This document shows, piece by piece, positions 1 to 6,700 of a stretch of DNA of 18,999 nucleotides. The notes under the pieces are model-generated. The model made no database searches, was not told the DNA's origin, and saw nothing but the letters and a program-made list of their open reading frames with translations. This DNA comes from Candidatus Sumerlaeia bacterium (GTDB lineage: Bacteria > Sumerlaeota > Sumerlaeia > SLMS01): positions 1-18,999 of the forward strand of contig JBBQYG010000063.1 of NCBI GenBank assembly GCA_038208905.1, in the 5' to 3' direction. Position 1 is the stretch's first letter. Every line of letters begins with the position of its first letter. The position numbers and the translations under genes were made by a program.

Positions 1-708
1 GACTCCACCGAGACCCAGGTGGTGATGGGAAAGATCTACACCACCGCCAACGTCGCCGTTCTTGAGAATTACAAGGGCAAGATGGCGGGCCCCCAAAAAA
101 TCAGCTGGCCCGGCGGTAAAGCTGGCAAGCTCGTGATGGAAGTGCCGGGCGTCCCCAAGCTGCACGCGGGCGAGGAGGCGATCCTCTTCCTCAGCAGGCC
201 GCAGGACCGCATGCCCAAGTCAACGCGCGACGCGATGAATCCGGAATCCCCCGTGAACCAAAGCTATCAAGTCGTCGGCGGATTTCAGGGAAAAATCACC
301 ATCGCCAACCACAACAAGGAAGCAAAGCAGCTTCGCAAGGGCACCGAACCGATTCCCGCCACGGCGACGGCGTCGCGAGGCACCTTCACCGGCACCAACA
401 CAAGCGCACCGAAGGTCGAAGTCGCGAAGCTTCGCGGCGCACTTCGAGGCGTGGCGAAGTCACAGGCCGACAAGGCGGCCCAGAAGGGCGCCCTCCGCAA
501 GATTGCCGGCATACGCGGCGAGTTCGCGGTTCCCGATCGCACCGACGACCCTGTCGTCCGGCTATTCGATCCGCTCCCCGGCTTCGCCTATCTGCCGGAT
601 GCGGAACTCGAAGCGGTCCGCGCGAAAATGATCGATGATCAGTTGAAGAGCCAGAAGGCGGCGCCTGTGGCGCCCAATGCCACCGGAGCCGCCCCCGAAG
701 AAAAATGA
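1..708 (+). CDS. 5'-truncated hypothetical Lys-rich protein; matrixin-associated 'IYT..PGG..G.P...GE..LFL' domain (probable beta-barrel accessory/pro-domain)
   Basis: Frame 1 is open from base 1 (DSTETQVVMGKIYTT...). The motif GKIYTTANVAVLENYKG...WPGG...VPGVPKLHAGEEAILFL...VVGGFQGK resembles a domain I recall fused or adjacent to M10/matrixin genes. The stop codon overlaps the next ORF's ATG (ATGA, 705-708). Confidence 0.7.
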   Translation, partial: DSTETQVVMGKIYTTANVAVLENYKGKMAGPQKISWPGGKAGKLVMEVPGVPKLHAGEEAILFLSRPQDRMPKSTRDAMNPESPVNQSYQVVGGFQGKITIANHNKEAKQLRKGTEPIPATATASRGTFTGTNTSAPKVEVAKLRGALRGVAKSQADKAAQKGALRKIAGIRGEFAVPDRTDDPVVRLFDPLPGFAYLPDAELEAVRAKMIDDQLKSQKAAPVAPNATGAAPEEK

Positions 709-3700
709 CCGACCGCACGCGCACCTCCTCCGCACGAGATACCTATCAGGGGATCAGAATGCTTTCACGCGCCCTTCGCCAGTTCCTTCCCATCGCAGCA
801 CTAGCAGGCATCCTGCTCGGCGCCCTTCATCAGGCGACCGCCGGCCCGGGGTTTTTGGTTTTTACCCGCGAGCGCGCGGGTACCGATCTGACTGCCATCG
901 ACGACTCGTTTTCTCGCAAAGAGTTGAAGTTCCGCGATGGGACCGAGCTGCGCTACTACCTCTATCGGCCCTTCGAAGGCCCCGCCGCTGTCCTGGACCC
1001 GGGCGTCAACACCGGCCCCGACCCGATCCTCGACGACGACATCTACCTCTCCCTGCAAAAGGCGCAGAAGCAGTGGGAGGACGCCGTCGACGATCCCAAC
1101 ATTGAGTTCAAGCTTCCCCTCTACTCCGCCGACGGCGCCTTCCCCGGCATCGCCTACTTGGAACTGGGCCCCTTCGAGGCGGCGCTCGATACACGCAACC
1201 TGATCACCTTCCGCGATCCCAACATCACCGTGGGCGATGGCATACTCGCGCTACCGATCTATTACTTCTTCGAGGAAGACTACACGATCGACCTCAACCG
1301 CAACCCGAACGAGCAGGTTCTCCTCGCGACGGACGATATCGGCGGCGACGTTGTCGTTGGTATCTTCCTTGATGGCGGGTTGCTTGGTGGGCTCAGCGAG
1401 CTTGCATTCCTGCTCCGCGGCCAGGTCGGCGAAACGATCGAGGCGGGCGAGTTGATCGAGTCCGACATCATCATAGCGGGCGCCTTCGATGGCTTCAACC
1501 TCTATCCCGAGGATCCAGAGGACCTTCCCCGAGAAGATCTGGATCGCAACGACGTCATCGGCACCGTGGACATTCAGGCGGTCTTCACCAGAGCCATCGG
1601 GCGATCGATCGGTCTGGCCGACTCCCACATCTACGCCGCCACGCTTTCGCCCTTCTACATCCTGCCCGGCGACGTGAACGACGAATTCCTGACCGACCCC
1701 TACGACGTCCGCGAGCTTTCCGTGGACGACAAGAGCGGCATGACGCGCCTGTACAGCGACAGCAAGGGCGGCGGCATCCGCGGCAGCCTGGTGCGCGGCG
1801 AGGATCAGTTGATTCCCGATTTCGGCATTCCCCTCCGAAGCGACGTGTGGATCAACGAAATCGACTATATTGACTACGACGTAATCGAGAACAATCGAGT
1901 TCTAGGCGATGACTTCGTCGAAATCGCCGGCGGAGCCGGTCTCGATATCACCGGATGGCGCCTCTACATCTATGATTCGGGCGGCAATCCCATAGGCCCC
2001 GTGGGCGGCTACACGATTCCCGGAGAGCGCCTGCCCACCCAACTTGTCAACTACGGGACCATCGCGGTCTCCACGAATCCGATCTTCAACGAGGGCCTGC
2101 CCGACACCATTGGCGGCATCGCGCTCGTGGACGATAGCTTCAACGTCATCCAGTTCCTCAGCTACGGGGCGACGATCGTTGTCCCTATCCCGACCAACGT
2201 GCCGACCGATCCAGAAGAACTCGCCGCTGCGCGCGAACTCGATCCCGTCGCCTACGGCCCCGACATCCTGCGCATTTCCACCTTCATCGAAGGTGTGGCC
2301 GAGAACCTCGCGCTGGCCGATGGCGGTGGCTCGCTTCAGTTGCAGGGGACGGGTACCCGCTTCGCCGATTTCGCCTTTGCCTTGGTGACGCCACCCACGA
2401 GAGGATTCCCCAACGTGCCGGGGCAGATCTTTGCCGGCTTCGCCTTCGAGTTTACTCAGATCACCTCCCGCGAAGCACTGGATATCTACGATCATCCGAT
2501 CTATGCGTGCCTCCCCCAGAGTTTCCGGGACCCACTCACGCTCGACACGGTCGTCGAAACCAACACGCGCTTCGGCCTGACAGAGCGCAACCGGGGGCCG
2601 CTCCGCGCGGTCGCTCACGCGCTCACCGGACCGGAGCAGCAGTACCTCTTTGCGGACGCCGAAGGCGAGATCATTCTTCCGGCGCTCGTGGACTTCCAGA
2701 ATTCGCGCTATTCGATTCCGGGACTACCGGGCGGAAGCTATTCCGTGCTGGTCGGCGCTCGCGAGGAAGGCATCTCCCTCATCGCCTCCAACGCCGTTGT
2801 CCCGTTGCTCGAAAACGAGATTACTCCCGAACTCGTCGAATTCTTCGGCGGCGTCGATCCCGCCTCGCCTGTATACGGCGATGGCAATGTACAGGAGTCG
2901 CGCCCCGGCGACAATATCATCGGAAGCTCCTTTCTGGAGTTCTGGCTGGAGTTTCGTGACCAGATCGTATCCGACAGCAGCACCGGAGCAATTTTCCAGC
3001 AGCAGAGCTATACGGGCCGCTATCGGGTCGGTATCCCCGCCGGACCCACGTTCATCGATTCGGGCGGAACCGCTGGCGGCACGTTGGAAAGTTTCGCCGT
3101 GGCTCAGCTTCGCCTGAACAAGCCGACCGGCCAGCAGACGATCTTCCTGGACAATCGCGGGCGTGGCTTTGGCGGCGATTTCGCGGGCAGCCTCGACGAT
3201 CTCGAACTGGACGAGGATGCCAACACCGCCACGCTGATCTTCAGCATCAGGGACTCCAGCGGCGCGTCCGTCGGTATCCTCGAGCAGAAGATGGAAATCG
3301 TGGGGCTTCCAGAACTTCGGATTTCAAATATCATCGGGCCGATTCTTCAGGAGCGCGTGCTTAAGGTCACCTACACGCTCTTCAACCAGACACAAACCCC
3401 CGCCAACCCGCTCGGCTATCCCATCGAGTTCGGCATGGCCAGCGTCTTCAATGCGGCCTACGGCTCCTTCCTTTCACCCCAGCTCTTCGTCAACGGGCAG
3501 TGGCAGACGGAAAAGCGCGGATTCGGCGGGCAGGGCGAAAGCTCCGTCCCCCAGGCCGTCTATTGGGGCGACAAGCCCGAGGACCCGTTCCTCCGCTTCG
3601 CGGTCTTCGGAAACATCCCCGGCGTGACCGCGCCAAGCCGCCTCATCCTTGTCGATACGGCGGAGACCAAGATCGCGGGCTTTAAGCTGGATCAGAACAA

Positions 3701-6700
3701 CCCGCTCTCCGGCATTCCACTTTGGGAGGTAAAGCCTGGCGGAATCCTTGACGGTCCGCTCATCACCTCTCCGCGCAACACCGGCGTTCTGCTCCGGTTC
3801 GATCCAACTGGCCGTGTTGCCACGGTGGGCACTCCGGCGTCGATCACGCTGGCGCTGGGCTACGACGACCTCACCTTCGACAATCCCCAGCAGAGGCTCT
3901 TCCGCCACGTCGAGAATGCCTACCTGCGGCGCGTTCCACGGGAGATTTTTGCCGACGATCCCGCCATCTCCTACCCAGTTCACGTCGGTGGCGGCATCGT
4001 TCCCAACGTAACGATCATCACCAACATCGGAAACCGTCAGGTCTTCCCCGGCAATGACTTCGATCGCGACGGCATCGAGAATGATCGCGACAACTGCCCC
4101 TATCTTGAAAACCCCGGGCAGGAGGACGTGGACAACAACGGCGTTGGCGACGCCTGCGAGGGGGACTTCGATAGCGATGGCGTTCCCGACGCCTACGATA
4201 ACTGCCCCGACGTCCCCAATCCGGCTCAGCAGGATAGCGACGGCGATGGCGTCGGCGACGACTGCGACACCGATAGCGACGGCGACGGTATTCCCACCGA
4301 GATCGACAACTGCCCCAACGACTTCAACCCGGGGCAGGAGGACAGCGATGGAGACGGCGTCGGCGATGCCTGCAACGATTCAGACCGCGATGGCGTCCCC
4401 GACCAGCGCGACAATTGCCCACTGATTCCCAACTCCGACCAGAGCGACATCGACCGTGACGGCATTGGCGACGCCTGCGACGCCGACCGCGACGGCGACG
4501 GCGTCTCCAACGAGGTGGACAACTGCCCGGACGTGCCGAACCCGAGCCAGAGCGACATCGACGACGACGGCACCGGCGACGTTTGCGATTTCGACCGCGA
4601 CGGCGACGGCGTACCCGACAATGGCGACAACTGCCCCGACGTGCCCAACCCCACTCAAACCGATACAGACGGCGACGGAATCGGCGACCTGTGCGCGCCG
4701 GGCCTCGTGGTCTTCAACGACGAGAGCGAACTCCGCCTCCCCAACGACAATCTCAACATTCTGGACATTGCCGCCGGCGATCTTACCGGTGACGGATATC
4801 CGGACGTGATCGTGGGCGTTGGCGGTCAGGGCTCGGATACTCAGGCCGGCCTTGCAAACCGCATCTACATCAACAGGGGCACCGAAGGACCGGCGGGCTT
4901 CTATACCGATCTGACATTCGGCTTCAACGGCATCCCCGAAGAAGGCGTCGCTGGCCAGCCCGGCGGCGACGACCGCCTGCCCCTCCAGCGCGACATCACG
5001 ACGAGCATCATCCTCTTCGACTTCGATCTGGATGGCGATCTCGACATCTTCTTCGGCAATTCCGGCAGCTCCGACGGCCAGCCCGGCGGCACAGACCGCC
5101 TGCTGCTCAATGTGGACATCAACGATACGGTGAAGAACCGGTTCCCCGACGATGACGAGGTTGGCGACGGTTTCTTTATCGACGTTTCCGACCTCGCTCT
5201 CCCTGGCGTGCTCAATACGAAAGACGCCGACACTAGCTATCTCTATCCGCGTCCGGCGACCACCCGCGGAGAGGCCGTGGACTTGGATTCCGACGGCGAT
5301 CTTGACCTTGTTCTTCCTACCCGCACAACCCTCGGGAGCGCGGGCTTCCTCACCGCGGTCAATCCGCAAACCGGATTTCCCAGCGCCGACTTCGGCTTCT
5401 ACGATATTGTCGGATCTGTCCTCGAGGCGAGTTTCGACACGGATCCTGGCACCCCGGTTCTCGACGCCCCGCTCAACCGCAAGACGTTTGGCACGCGCAT
5501 TATCATCAACCGGCGCAACGAACTGGTTGACGAATTCGGCAGCTCCCTCCCGCCTGGTACTCCCGACGCATTCCTCGAGTTCATCGCCCAGTCGCCCGAT
5601 GTGGTTCGATCCGTCTTCAACCCCGACATCCCCACCGACGAGGTCAACCGGCAGGCGGTCCTTCAGGATATCCTCGGCCCCGAGATCAGCATGACGCGTC
5701 GCTTGGACAAGTTCTGGATGCGTGACGAGACCCTTGGCCGCGACGGGATTTTCGGTGGCGCAACCTCCGACGTTCGCAATGCCGACCGTCTTCCTCCCGG
5801 GCACATGGACCTTCCGCAGGCGGCAATCCGTGCGCCAGGCAATCGGGAAGACGAAACTTTCGACACTAATCAGGTGGTTGTTGGCGCTTTCCTTGGCATC
5901 TACGGCCCCTCGATCTTTACAATGCTCTCGCGAACCCAGCGACTGTTTGTTGGCGAGAACGCCCGCGTGGACAGCGATGGACGCACCGCCTACTTTATCA
6001 ACTTCGACTTCCTCGATGAAAACGGGTCCCAGGCGTTCAACATTGGGGACAACCGTCTCGCGGTCGCTCAGTTCAATAGTATTGCCGATGGCGGGGTCGA
6101 CGGAATCTTCTACAATGCCAGCTATGGCGCAGATTTCTGGATTCCCCTCTTTGACAACCCATGGAGTGCGCTGATTGGCTCCCGTCAGTCCATTCCTACG
6201 GACATCGAGCCCCCGGTGCGCCCGGAGAACGGCGAGCAAGCGGTTGCAACGGAATCTACCCATACTACGACGGGCGTTGTTGTGGACAGCTACGGCTCGG
6301 GCGCTCACGACATCATCGCCTTCGAAATGACGGGAGGCGGTACATCCATGTACCGGAGCTCGCGGTTCCTCGGCGGCGTCATCGGGACTCCACTCATCAG
6401 CCGTGGACAGACCAATCATGCGATCGGCGGCGCCACGTCCGAATTTGGCTTCTTTGCCGGCAGCTATAACGACGAGGGGACCCAGATTGAAACCCAGCGG
6501 GATCTCTTTGCCGCCGAGCAACGTGTCCGGGACTCGGGATCGGCGGACTTTGACAGGAATGGCAGCATCGACATCGCGGCAGCTGGCGACGGTGGCCCAG
6601 GGTCGCAATTGTTTTCGCTCGATCCATCGGGAGGGTTTGTCTCGATCTATCTGAATATCAATGGTGAGGGTGAGCTGCTCGGGCAGGCGGGTGAGTTCCG

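Noticed and set aside
4056-4700. ~108-bp periodic DNA repeats as a possible CRISPR array or DGR template/variable repeat
   Set aside because: The repeats are degenerate at synonymous positions and encode in-frame TSP3 units. There is no repeat-spacer structure and no cas or reverse transcriptase gene.
4380-6608. 742-aa minus-strand ORF, plus other long antisense ORFs (10547-11728, 15060-16073, 17459-18232)
   Set aside because: These are antisense shadows of well-supported + strand genes. They are expected from high-GC codon bias and contain no recognisable motifs.
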